Notes under the pieces: model-generated
What the model was told of the DNA's origin: nothing
Seen by the model: only the letters and a program-made list of their open reading frames with translations
The model's database searches: none
Made by a program: the position numbers and the translations under genes
Origin: Nitrospirae bacterium MYbin6
GTDB lineage: Bacteria; Nitrospirota; Thermodesulfovibrionia; Thermodesulfovibrionales; Magnetobacteriaceae
Assembly (NCBI GenBank): GCA_002753305.1
Contig: PEAC01000006.1
Location: 265-64,264 of the forward strand
Reading direction: 5' to 3'
DNA length: 64,000 nucleotides
Part shown: one piece after another, positions 19,293-29,700 of the stretch
Layout: every line of letters starts with the position of its first letter
Numbering within the stretch: position 1 is the first letter of the stretch

Positions 19293-19799
19293 TCAGAGGC
19301 ATATCTTGTAAAATCCATTCAGAATATCTGTGGGAGTTGGAGGGCAACCCGGTATGCGGATGTTTACCGGAATTACTTTGTCGACCCCTCCCAAAGAGGC
19401 ATAAGTCTCTCCGAATATCCCACCGTTACACGCGCAGTCCCCAACGGCAATCACTATTTTGGGTGATGGGACGGCGTCATAGGTCCTCTTAAGGGCGATT
19501 TCCATATTTACGGATACCGGCCCCGTGACAAGCAATACGTCGGCAAACCTGGGGGAGGCCGTAAAATGTATCCCTAATCGCTCACAATCATAAACAGGAT
19601 TATTGAGCGCATGGATCTCAAGTTCACAGCCGTTACACGAACCGGCGTCCACCTCTCTCACAGTTAAACTCCTTCTGAAACGCCTTTTTACGGATGCCTC
19701 CAGCGTGAGGTTAGCAACCGTTATCCTGGGGTCGTCAAACTGAGGGCTAAGGTCTGTTACTATCCCTGTACGAAATATCTGCCGCAGGATTCTAATCAT
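19293..19799 (-). CDS. ehrS: Ehr small subunit (HyfI/NuoB-like, one Fe-S cluster)
   Basis: GSCNGCE, GDCA, PGCPP. Confidence 0.88.
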   Translation of the reverse strand: MIRILRQIFRTGIVTDLSPQFDDPRITVANLTLEASVKRRFRRSLTVREVDAGSCNGCELEIHALNNPVYDCERLGIHFTASPRFADVLLVTGPVSVNMEIALKRTYDAVPSPKIVIAVGDCACNGGIFGETYASLGGVDKVIPVNIRIPGCPPTPTDILNGFYKICL

Positions 19800-21352
19800 A
19801 GGTCGTGTCCCGAGTATGACTGGTTGAAGCTCTTATTGCAAAGCGGGAAGTCGGGGACAATGTTGCCCATTATTGCCTGCTCAAGCGCCAGCCAGTTAAC
19901 GCTGGACGGGTCCCTTACCATGCACCTGTTTATCTGCCCGCTCTGGCCGCTTTGCAGCCAGTAGATTATCTCCCCTCGCCAACCCTCTACTGCCGCAAAC
20001 CCAGTCGCTCCTGCTGCCGGCGCGCCGCAATTGGCAACTATGCCGCTGTCAGGTATGTTCTTCAGTATGCGCCGTATTATACGTATGGATTCTCTGATTT
20101 CCTCTACCCTCACCCACAGCCTTGTGTGAACGTCCCCTGCTGTAAGCACTGGTGTTTTTACCATGATTGAATCATACGGGGGATATGGACTATGAACCCT
20201 GCAATCCACATTTAAACCGCTGCCACGGGCAACTACTCCTACCGTACAAAACTCTGCCGCCAACTCCGGCGTGAGTATGCCCGTGTTGCGCACCCTGTCC
20301 TCAAGCGAGGAGCTTTCTTCATAGATGCGAACAAGCCTGTCGAAGTCCTCTCCTATAAAGTCCAGCTCCGTCAATATTTCATTTTTGGCGTTTATATCTG
20401 CCGCCACGCCTCCTGGGATAACCCTGTCCATCATAAATCTGTGCCCAAAGAGCTTATGGTTAGTGCCAAGCATGGTTTCCTTAAGCCTTGTGCACTGATA
20501 CAACATAAAGGCAAAGGCTGCGTCATTACATATAGCCCCAATGTCTCCAAGGTGGTTGGCAATGCGCTCTCTCTCAAGAAACAGCGCCCTGAGCCATTGT
20601 GCCCTTACAGGTACACAGCACTGCACCATTGACTCCAGCGCCATGGAGTAGGCTATTGAGTGTGCGACTGTCGAATCCCCGGATACACGTCCGGCTAATT
20701 TAACGGCGCTCTCCCATGCCATCGATTCAAACCTCTTCTCTATCCCCTTATGGACATAGCCGAGACGCTCCTCAAGGTTAATTATGGTCTCGCCAACCGC
20801 CTGAAACCTGAAGTGTCCAGGCTCTATTATACCGGCATGGACGGGGCCTACGGGGATCTCATACACACCCTCTCCTTCTGCCTTAAGCCATGCGTACTGC
20901 CCCTCTACGCGCGGCATCGCCTTGGCGGCGTCAAAACTTTTTCTGAGTGGCCAGGCATCCTCCGGCCAGTCCTCAAACTTAATCCAGGGTCTGCCGTCCG
21001 GGCTCCCAAGCGGTATAACCCCCATAAGGCTCCTGAGCCGGCGCTCAAATCTATAGGCCGGCACATAGTGTTTTACAAGGCTTGGAAACTGAGGATTCTC
21101 CTGTGGCAGAGCAGCCCTTACTATAAGATATTCGCCGCCATCCCTATAGCACGCATAAATGCTAAACCCTCTGCCTGAGTCCGTATCGTCTACAGACCAC
21201 TCGGCACAAAGAGCCGCCGAGGAATCCTTTAATATCTTTGCCGCCTCCGCAAATCTCTCCGCTGGCACTGTAACCGTAACCGGCGTCCTGTTTTCATCGG
21301 CTATGGCATCCTCGCCAAAGGCGGCCCTCAGGGCATCCTCTAATTTCTTCAT
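19796..21352 (-). CDS. ehrL: Ehr large subunit (HyfG/NuoCD-like, lacking NiFe cysteines)
   Basis: GPVHAGIIEPGHFRF, GYVHKGIEK; RVSGDS and NKSFNQSYSGHDL replace both CxxC motifs; ATG 21352 overlaps the upstream stop. Confidence 0.88.
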   Translation of the reverse strand: MKKLEDALRAAFGEDAIADENRTPVTVTVPAERFAEAAKILKDSSAALCAEWSVDDTDSGRGFSIYACYRDGGEYLIVRAALPQENPQFPSLVKHYVPAYRFERRLRSLMGVIPLGSPDGRPWIKFEDWPEDAWPLRKSFDAAKAMPRVEGQYAWLKAEGEGVYEIPVGPVHAGIIEPGHFRFQAVGETIINLEERLGYVHKGIEKRFESMAWESAVKLAGRVSGDSTVAHSIAYSMALESMVQCCVPVRAQWLRALFLERERIANHLGDIGAICNDAAFAFMLYQCTRLKETMLGTNHKLFGHRFMMDRVIPGGVAADINAKNEILTELDFIGEDFDRLVRIYEESSSLEDRVRNTGILTPELAAEFCTVGVVARGSGLNVDCRVHSPYPPYDSIMVKTPVLTAGDVHTRLWVRVEEIRESIRIIRRILKNIPDSGIVANCGAPAAGATGFAAVEGWRGEIIYWLQSGQSGQINRCMVRDPSSVNWLALEQAIMGNIVPDFPLCNKSFNQSYSGHDL

Positions 21353-22797
21353 TTCAATAACTCCACCGCCGTCTGAAACCATTTATTCAGAAAATCAGGC
21401 ATATAAAAGGCTAAGACAAGCACCAGGGCCATGTGAAGAATCACCGGCGCGCGGGCCGCCTCCAAAGGTTTACAATATGAGGGCACATCGCCTGAGACCA
21501 TATATTGAACCTTTCTGAGAAGCCCCGCAAAGGCTACAGCCAGGCCGATAAGTATAAATGGCGCCAGAAGCGGTACGTCTTTTATCGTAGCCGTCAATAT
21601 CAGGAACTCGCTGGTGAAAATCCCAAATGGCGGCAGCCCGGCAATTGCCATAGCGCCCAATATCAGCGTCCAGCCAACAAAGGGGTCTCCCTTAAATAGC
21701 CCCTTTATCCTGGCTATCTCCTGTGTCCGGTGCATTTGGCATGCGTGCCCGACCGTAAAGAATATGGAAGACTTTGCAAGGCTGTGCATAAGCATATGTA
21801 ACAGCCCGCCAAAGGTGGCTATAGGGCCACCGAGGCCAAAGGCAAAGGTTGCTATTCCCATATGCTCAATAGACGAATATGAAAACATGCGTTTAATGTC
21901 TTTTTGCCTGAGAATGGAAAAGGAGGCAACCAGGATAGAGACAATCCCAAAGCCCATCATAATGTTTCCGGCATAATGGGTGTGTGTCGAGCCGTCAACA
22001 AGCACCTTGCATCTGACAAGGGCATAGAGCGCGATGTTTAATAAAAGCCCGGACAGCACGGCCGATATTGGCGTAGGCCCCTCGCTGTGCGCATCGGGAA
22101 GCCAATTGTGTAAAGGAACCAGGCCGACCTTTGTACCATATCCCACAACCAGAAAGACAAAGGCAAGGGATAAGATAGTCGGCTCAAGCATGCCGCTTAC
22201 CTCAATCAGATTTGTCCAAAGAAGCGCCTCACCGCCCTCTCCAATGACCTTCTCGGCGGCGAAGTATAGTAATACGGTGCCAAAAAGGGCCTGTGCTATT
22301 CCAACGCCACACAGTATAAAATACTTCCACGCGGCCTCAATGGCATTAGGCGTACGATAGAGTGAGACAAGAAGAACAGTAGATAAGGTGGCAAGCTCCA
22401 TTGCAATCCACAATACCCCTATATTGTTGCTAAGAAGACAAAGCAGCATGGCAAATATGAACATCTGAAACATTGCATGGTAAAAACGCATACGCGCGGG
22501 GCCGACCCGGCCATGTTCCCTCTCTCTCTGCATATACCGGCGGCTGAAAACGGCCGTGGTCATAGAGACAAACGAGGTAAGCACAGCCAGGTAAACACTA
22601 AATGCGTCGACAAAGAAGAATTTCTCAGCTGCTAAAATCGGCCCATATTTGTATACCTCCATGGCAAGGGCAACACTGGCCGTAAAGGTCAAACAGGAGC
22701 CAAAAATATTGGCCTCGGGGGCAAACCTCCTGTCCCCGATAAAGGCCAAAATTATGGCTGCCACAAAGGGCGTTATTATCATAACAAGGAGTATCAT
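21349..22797 (-). CDS. hyfF: Hydrogenase-4 component F-like antiporter subunit
   Basis: EAAWKY, WLPDAHSEGPTP, YSSIEH. Confidence 0.88.
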   Translation of the reverse strand: MILLVMIITPFVAAIILAFIGDRRFAPEANIFGSCLTFTASVALAMEVYKYGPILAAEKFFFVDAFSVYLAVLTSFVSMTTAVFSRRYMQREREHGRVGPARMRFYHAMFQMFIFAMLLCLLSNNIGVLWIAMELATLSTVLLVSLYRTPNAIEAAWKYFILCGVGIAQALFGTVLLYFAAEKVIGEGGEALLWTNLIEVSGMLEPTILSLAFVFLVVGYGTKVGLVPLHNWLPDAHSEGPTPISAVLSGLLLNIALYALVRCKVLVDGSTHTHYAGNIMMGFGIVSILVASFSILRQKDIKRMFSYSSIEHMGIATFAFGLGGPIATFGGLLHMLMHSLAKSSIFFTVGHACQMHRTQEIARIKGLFKGDPFVGWTLILGAMAIAGLPPFGIFTSEFLILTATIKDVPLLAPFILIGLAVAFAGLLRKVQYMVSGDVPSYCKPLEAARAPVILHMALVLVLAFYMPDFLNKWFQTAVELLK

Positions 22798-22806
22798 GTT
22801 ACGGCC

Positions 22807-23472
22807 TCAGTTGTCCTCCCTCAGGCTTTCCATCTGCTCCACGCTAAGACTATCAAACGTGGTACTTATCTGGAAGAAAAATATTCCGAATATAAAGGCT
22901 GCAATTAAGACATCAAGGGCAACGCCTAATTCCACAACAAGGGGCATACCGTATGTCGCGCTGGTAGCGGCGAAAAACAGTCCATTTTCCATTGCGAGAA
23001 ATCCGATTATCTGGGTAACGGCATGTTTTCTCGTTATCATCATAAGAAGCCCAATCATAACGGTTGCAAGAGCAACCGCAAGGGTTGAACGCGTTATCAG
23101 CGTGGACATCTCCCTTACGGGGGCCGTAAGGTGATAGGAAAAAATCACGAGGGCAATCCCTATCAGCATCGTCGCGGGGATATTCATTATGGTTTCCATC
23201 TCTTTTCTGATCTTAAGGCGCACCACCAGGACATGCAATATATATGGAAGGAGAATTACCTTCAGAGACAACGTCAACAGCGATGATATATACAGATGGT
23301 GCTTTGCGGCCACAAAACCGGTGACGGCCGTGTTTATTGAAAGAAACAGCCCCTGCCACGCAAATAAAATTACTAAACTATTTATTTTCCTTTGTGACAG
23401 CATTGCAAAGGCCGTCAGCAACACCAGGGCCGCCAGAAAACTATTTATCTGTGCCAATACCTGTAAGTTCAT
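22807..23472 (-). CDS. hyfE: Hydrogenase-4 component E-like membrane subunit
   Basis: QIIGFLAMENG, VELGVALDV; start at ATG 23472. Confidence 0.85.
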   Translation of the reverse strand: MNLQVLAQINSFLAALVLLTAFAMLSQRKINSLVILFAWQGLFLSINTAVTGFVAAKHHLYISSLLTLSLKVILLPYILHVLVVRLKIRKEMETIMNIPATMLIGIALVIFSYHLTAPVREMSTLITRSTLAVALATVMIGLLMMITRKHAVTQIIGFLAMENGLFFAATSATYGMPLVVELGVALDVLIAAFIFGIFFFQISTTFDSLSVEQMESLREDN

Positions 23473-23473
23473 C

Positions 23474-24421
23474 TCACTCCAGGATAAAAAATGCAATCAC
23501 CCCAAGGGTTGCCATTAAAAACGCGGCCCCCAGGAATTCAGTTAATCGAAACAACCTCATCTTCGCAAGCCCCGTCTCTATCAGCACGACAACGCCCCCG
23601 ATAACGGCAAGCTTTATAAGCATTAAAAACACTGCCGCGGCAATCTCTACAACGTTATCCGTGGCGGCTATCCCCCATGGCAGGAAACACGCAATCCCAA
23701 GCGTAACAAAAAGAAAAAACCTTAACATCGCACCCCACTCCATAAGCGCCAGGTGTCTGCCCGAATACTCCAGAATCATGGCCTCATGTACCATGGTCAA
23801 CTCCAGATGGGTTGCCGGATTGTCAACCGGAATCCTGCCAGCCTCAGCAATTACAACAAGGACAAATGCTATGGCTGCAAAGACGATGGAGGGCCTGAAG
23901 ACTAATACTCCACCGGAGAACGTTTGTACTATGTGAAGAAGAGACGTAGACCTGCCGGCCAGAGACACCGTAAAGATAGACATAAGTATGGCAGGTTCCG
24001 CCAGAGAGGCTATCATCATCTCACGGCTTGAGCCCATCCCCCCAAATGCCGTCCCTATGTCCATGCCTGCCAATGCCGTGAAAAACCTGGCCGTCGCGAA
24101 CAGCGCTATTAACACAATAATATCCGCGCTGGGGGCCAAAAACAGGTTCATCGAAATTACAGGAATCACACTCGCGGCAACAACGGCTGTGCTGAATACG
24201 AAATACGGGGTAAAGCGAAATATCCATGAGGCGTTTTGGGCAAGCACCACATCTTTAACGAATAACTTTGCAATGTTTCTGTATGGCTGCATGACTCCGG
24301 CAGAGGCCCGCCCCTGGGTCCAACACTTCAGCATATCCACCCATCCCGTAAAGGCAGGGGCTACAGTAAGTACAATAAGCACTTGTAAAATCTCTGTGAA
24401 AATTAAATGCAGTGGGTTCAT
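23474..24421 (-). CDS. hyfC: Hydrogenase-4 component C / NuoH-like subunit
   Basis: FGGMGSSRE, GRIPVDNPATHLELTMVHEAMILEYSG; ATG 24421 overlaps the hyfB stop. Confidence 0.88.
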   Translation of the reverse strand: MNPLHLIFTEILQVLIVLTVAPAFTGWVDMLKCWTQGRASAGVMQPYRNIAKLFVKDVVLAQNASWIFRFTPYFVFSTAVVAASVIPVISMNLFLAPSADIIVLIALFATARFFTALAGMDIGTAFGGMGSSREMMIASLAEPAILMSIFTVSLAGRSTSLLHIVQTFSGGVLVFRPSIVFAAIAFVLVVIAEAGRIPVDNPATHLELTMVHEAMILEYSGRHLALMEWGAMLRFFLFVTLGIACFLPWGIAATDNVVEIAAAVFLMLIKLAVIGGVVVLIETGLAKMRLFRLTEFLGAAFLMATLGVIAFFILE

Positions 24422-26457
24422 AGCAAAGCCAGCAGAAAGATTATAGTGACAAATGAATATATTAGATACAGATGTATCCGCCCATGCTGAAGCATGCCTG
24501 CCTTTCGGGATAGCAAAACGACTATATTGATAAAGGGTTTGTAAATCCAACCCCAAAAGCGGTCTCTTATGCGTAGATAGTAATGCTGCATCTCAGGGAA
24601 GGCCGGGTGGCCCGGTTGTGGGGACAGCCGTATCTGCTCTTTTATATCGAAGAGATAACCAAATATCCTGCGAAAAGGCATGGAAAAAGATATTGAGTTA
24701 TACTGCATTTTATTGTTAAGTTTTTGAAATCCGCAATCCCACACCGGTACCCTGCTTATCTTCCCTGGCCTTACGTGGAGTAATACATAAGTTATCGCGC
24801 ATACCGCAACGATACCTACAAGTACAAGCGGCCCTGAGTAGGAAGCCCTTTCAGGGTCAACCGGAGTAAGCCACATCCAGCCATATACACCAGCAGTGGT
24901 ATTGAGCGTTGCCCCAAGCAGATTTGCAGAAATATTATCCATCCAGTCTATGATGACGGACGGCAGAATCCCAAAACACAGACAGGTAAGCGCCGCAAGC
25001 ATCATCCCTATGCGCATGGACCATCCGGCCTCTGCTGCCACAGGTGGATTATGCCCCCGCCAATTCCCCAGGAATATAACCCCAAATACCTTTACAAAAC
25101 AGGCTGCCGCCAGGGCGCCCGTTAAGGCAAGCAGGGCCGCCCCCAACGGTATCAAAAGTTTCATAAGAGGGCTCGGTAAAGACGGCGACAGCAGAAACGC
25201 CTGAAAGGTCAGCCATTCGGAGACAAATCCGTTAAAAGGCGGCAGCGCCGAAATGGATATACACCCAATGAGGAAAAATACGGACGTCCAGGGCATGTAG
25301 CGTATCAGCCCTCCCATTTCATCCATATTTCTTTCATGTGTGGCATTAAGAATGGCCCCTGCCCCCATAAATAGCAGCCCCTTAAACATGGCGTGGTTCA
25401 TCGTATGGTACAGGCCTGCTATGAGGGCAAGGGCGGCCATTGCAGGAAGATTAAACGATGTAAATATCATGGACAGCCCTATGCCTATAAGGATTATCCC
25501 TATGTTTTCAACCGAATGGTATGCGAGGAGTTTTTTCAAGTCGTGCTGCATCAGGGCATAAAGCACACCCATAACGGCCGATACCAACCCAAATACAAGC
25601 ACCAAGGCACCCCACCACCAGGGAAACACCCCTATGATGTCAAAGGTAATACGCACTATCCCGTATATGGCGGTCTTTAACATTACGCCACTCATAAGGG
25701 CCGAGACATTTGACGGAGCAACCGGATGTGCCTCGGGAAGCCACACATGAAAAGGTATAACGCCGGCCTTAGCCGCAAAACCAAAGAAAGAAAGTAAAAA
25801 GGCCACGGTTGCCCACTTAAGCGGGAACCTTGCCTCTCTCATGGCATCAAACGTATACCCGGTAAAACTATCAAGGCCTGTGGCAATTCCCGCCATTACC
25901 CCAAAAGACAGGAGTATTAAAATGGCGCCGATGTGGGCCATTACCATGTAGAGATAGGCCGCCCTCCTGTTTTCGCTCTTGCCGTCCTCAAACATGACCA
26001 AAAAGTAGGATGACGCCGCCATCACCTCCCAGGATACCATGAAGCACAGCGCGTCATCTGCAAGGATAACCATAAACATCGCGGCAATAAAGAGGTTATA
26101 AAACACAATCAGACGTTTTACAGGCCTGTCCGCGGCCAATCCACTGACATAGCCTATCGAATATACGGATACAATAAATGAAAGCAACCCTACTACAAAA
26201 AGAAAAAACCCGGAAAGCTGGTCAAGCCTCAGATGAAACGGCAGGGCTGGCAGCCCCAGAGGAAGTATTATCTGCTCTGTTACACCACCGGCAACTGCCA
26301 TGAACCCGGCTATGGCAATGATTAAAGAAGCCAGTGCCGACACGGAGAAAGAGACATGTATCAATAAACGCTTCGTGACTCCGGCAGCCATAACAAATAT
26401 GACAGGTATAATAAAGGCGGCAACCGAGAATATAGATAATTCTATTGGGGATATCAT
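24418..26457 (-). CDS. hyfB: Hydrogenase-4 component B-like antiporter subunit
   Basis: HVWLPEAHPVAPSNVSALMSG, LAYHSVENIG, WDCG. Confidence 0.9.
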   Translation of the reverse strand: MISPIELSIFSVAAFIIPVIFVMAAGVTKRLLIHVSFSVSALASLIIAIAGFMAVAGGVTEQIILPLGLPALPFHLRLDQLSGFFLFVVGLLSFIVSVYSIGYVSGLAADRPVKRLIVFYNLFIAAMFMVILADDALCFMVSWEVMAASSYFLVMFEDGKSENRRAAYLYMVMAHIGAILILLSFGVMAGIATGLDSFTGYTFDAMREARFPLKWATVAFLLSFFGFAAKAGVIPFHVWLPEAHPVAPSNVSALMSGVMLKTAIYGIVRITFDIIGVFPWWWGALVLVFGLVSAVMGVLYALMQHDLKKLLAYHSVENIGIILIGIGLSMIFTSFNLPAMAALALIAGLYHTMNHAMFKGLLFMGAGAILNATHERNMDEMGGLIRYMPWTSVFFLIGCISISALPPFNGFVSEWLTFQAFLLSPSLPSPLMKLLIPLGAALLALTGALAAACFVKVFGVIFLGNWRGHNPPVAAEAGWSMRIGMMLAALTCLCFGILPSVIIDWMDNISANLLGATLNTTAGVYGWMWLTPVDPERASYSGPLVLVGIVAVCAITYVLLHVRPGKISRVPVWDCGFQKLNNKMQYNSISFSMPFRRIFGYLFDIKEQIRLSPQPGHPAFPEMQHYYLRIRDRFWGWIYKPFINIVVLLSRKAGMLQHGRIHLYLIYSFVTIIFLLALL

Positions 26458-26476
26458 GGATAAATCTAAGCCGTCA

Positions 26477-26587
26477 CTATCCGTTTACTCTGAAACATGT
26501 GATTGTATAGTTCTGTATCATCCGGCAGATAGTCTTATCGGAGACATTTAATAGCGTGGCCATATCTTTTACTGTCAGGTTCATCAT
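26477..26587 (-). pseudogene. Truncated excisionase-type HTH (HTH_17) gene at the head of the Ehr operon
   Basis: GAGAGG RBS + MMNLTVKDMATLLNVSDKTICRMIQNYTITCFRVNG, then TAG TGA CGG where Q-W-R is expected. Confidence 0.7.
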
Positions 26588-26720
26588 GTCCTCTCGTATC
26601 CTGATGTGTCCCTTGTTGATGCAGCTTGTCTATGCTATTGTATTGAGACATCGCTTGTCAATAGATAGAATTGTGCCCCCGGAAAAAACAGGAAAGTGGA
26701 ACCGGCCTGTCACACGATGG

Positions 26721-29700
26721 TCAATGTTTAAATCTCAGGCTCTCGTCCAGGTTTTTGTTGAAGAATGGATCGATATAATTCTCAATGTCCCATCTTTCTC
26801 TGAACAGCTCGACCTCTGTCTCGAAAAGCCCGGCGCAGCGGTCTGTGTCCTCGTAGGGTTTCCCCACGCTAACCGATTCGTGGTGGTAGAGCTTTGCGTA
26901 GGGTGTGTCTGTTACCTTGCAGCCTTTCTTTCTCAGCCGCAGGCACAGGTCTATGTCGTTAAAGGCTATTCTGAATTTTACGTCAAAACCGTTTATCTCA
27001 TCAAACAGTGCCCTACGCATCAACAGGCATGCACCGGTTACCGCCGTTACGTTTCTCACCACATCCTTTGCATGGAGAAACGGAAAACCCATCGGTTTTT
27101 CATCGGGATAGAGCCTTCCTATGTGTGAGGCCGCGCGCTTCAGGCCTACCACTACGCCCATGTGCTGGATGCCGTTGCCGGGGTAGAGCAGCTTTGCGCC
27201 CACTGCCCCTACGTCGGGCAGCTGTCCGTATTCCATCATCGCGGAGAGCCACTCTGGCTCTATCGCCTCGGTATCGTTATTCAAAAACAGGACGTATGGC
27301 CCCGATGCCCGCTCTGCCGCCCAGTTATTTGCCTCAGCGTAGTTAAACTCCGGGTTTGGATAGTCTATGATTCTTATGGTTTCTCTGTGTCTGATTTCCT
27401 CGTAAAATTCATTCGTTGCCGGTTCTACACTGCCGGTATCCAGAATTATTATCTCTACGTTAGGGTAGTCTGTCGTATCGATAAGGGAATTTACGCATTT
27501 CTCTAAATACTGCACCTTGTCCCTGGTTGGTATGATAATCGACACGAGAGGGGTTTCCATTAACCTCCTCTTAATCCTGTAAATCCCGGTGTCGTGGACG
27601 TTTATCAGTTCACCCTCTATGGAGTTTCTCTCCATGTAGTCTTTTAAGGCCTTCATGGCGCTGTCAAAGGCATAGGTCTTGTGTTGAGCGTTCCCGGAGG
27701 CAGAGCCGTATATCTTTCTCCAGTGGTAGAGCGCCTTTGGTATGTGGGCTATACGCTCAGGGGCAGTGTGCCCGATGAATCTTAGTACCATGTCGTAGTC
27801 TTGAGAGCCTTCGTAGCCCCTTCTGAAACCGTTTATTTTGTCTATAATCGACTTTCTGTAAACACCGAGGTGGCATGTGTACATCATTGAGCAGAAAAGC
27901 TCCGGCGACCAGTCCGGCTTAAAAAACGGATCAGAGCGTGTGCCGTCCTCCTCCAGCTTGTCCTCGTCGCTGTAGATGAAATCCAGTTCGGAGTTTTCGT
28001 TCAGGAGTTTGACGTTTTCGTAAAGGGCGTCATGTGTCAGTTCGTCGTCGTTATCTAACAGGGCGATAAACTCTCCTTCGGCCAATTTCAGGGCCTCGTT
28101 TGTTGCCCCGGATATGTGCATATTCACTGTGCCGAATGCTATTTTTATCCGCGGGTCAGAGTCCTTCCATTTATTAAGGCACTGGAGTGTCTCAGGGTTT
28201 GAGGAGGCATCGTCATAGATACAAAGCTCCCAGTTTTCGTAGTATTGATCTATGACAGATTGAATGCACTTGTCCAGCCAGCGAGGGGATATGTTATATA
28301 CCGGCATGGCGATAGATATCTTTGGCCTGTACAGAAATTCCTCTATAATTCTTTTTACCTTGCTCATAGTGGGCGGCTTTAATTTATCCAGATATTTCTC
28401 GTATGAGTCTGAAACATAGTATCGCGTTGACCATTCCCTGATAAGTCCTGTTTCAGATATTATCTTAAGCATAACCGTATGGTGGCCGGCGGTAAAACTA
28501 TTTTCATATGCGTTATAAAGGACAAATGCGGAGTTTGAACTGTTTTTATAACATGGAAGAAGCATACCTATCTCCCGCGTGCTGATGCCGTGGAAGGCCT
28601 TGTCGATATACACGCCGTCGACATAAATCTCCACGCTGCTAATCCCGTCGGGGCTGGCAGCCCAGCCCTCGACTTCCACAACGTCAAGGGTCAGCTGCAA
28701 CTTGTCGCAGCTCAGAATAATTTTAGGTTCGCCATAAGACATTTGTCTATACGGCCTGTTGATAAAATTGTATTCATACACGGCCTTAGACAGGCCTGTC
28801 CTTGAGACTGCCATTATCTTGAGTGTGTGATAACCTGTAGAGAGTTCTTCATCCAATTTCTTATATAAGCAGAACCCGCACTTTGCCCCGTCTTTGTATG
28901 TCTTGTGTAAAGGGAATGTCTCTTTCATATCCCCGCGTTCAAATCCATAATAGGCAGTGGCAGTGAATTTATTATCAAGATATACTTCCACCTTATCTAT
29001 TCCATCGGGTGAAAGCGCCCATCCTCTTACCTCGACAAAGTCCAGAGACATAGCCGCCTTATCCAATTGAATAAGGGCCTCAGGGGCAGTTCTCATAAGA
29101 TAGTCGGCATATGGTTCGATAGATTCCTGCTCGAAATCCCATGACATTGACTGTCCGTCTTTGGCCGTTGCCTTTATTGTAAGCAGATGTCTGCCATCCG
29201 ATAACCTGGTCTCCAATATTTTGTCAAGGCAAAGCAGCAGCATCTCCTGTTTCTTATAGCATGGATATCTCGCCTCTATGTCGTATCTTTTATTAACTCC
29301 TACGGCGTAACCTATGAAGTCGCCGTCTATAAAGACCTCGGTAGTCTTAAGCCCGGCAGGGGTAACAATCCACCCCAACACCTGAATTAGCTCATATGTC
29401 ACCAGGCACCTTTCAAATGCGGCTATAAACTTCGGATTCGATGCTGTGTATGATCTATAGCTCTCAATGGCTTCACAGACGCTTTCGAGTTCTCTATCCT
29501 GGGCATTGTTGGTTCGTACCTTTATCTTAAGTGTATGCTGCCCTTCGGACAGCGGGCTCTCCAGCGTCTTATAAAGGCAAAACCCCGCATTCGCGGCGTC
29601 TTTGTAACATGGATATATAGCGCTTAAGGCCTCTGTCGGCACCCCGCAATGGGCGTTGCCTGTAAACACATCGTCTATAAATACGTCAATCTCTTTAATC

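Noticed and set aside
19796..21352. [NiFe]-hydrogenase / formate hydrogenlyase large subunit
   Set aside because: Both CxxC metal-binding motifs are absent, so it was called Ehr instead.
26556..27128. 190-aa plus-strand ORF, and the many other short antisense or alternate-frame ORFs in the track
   Set aside because: They are shadows of well-supported genes, with no motifs or RBS.
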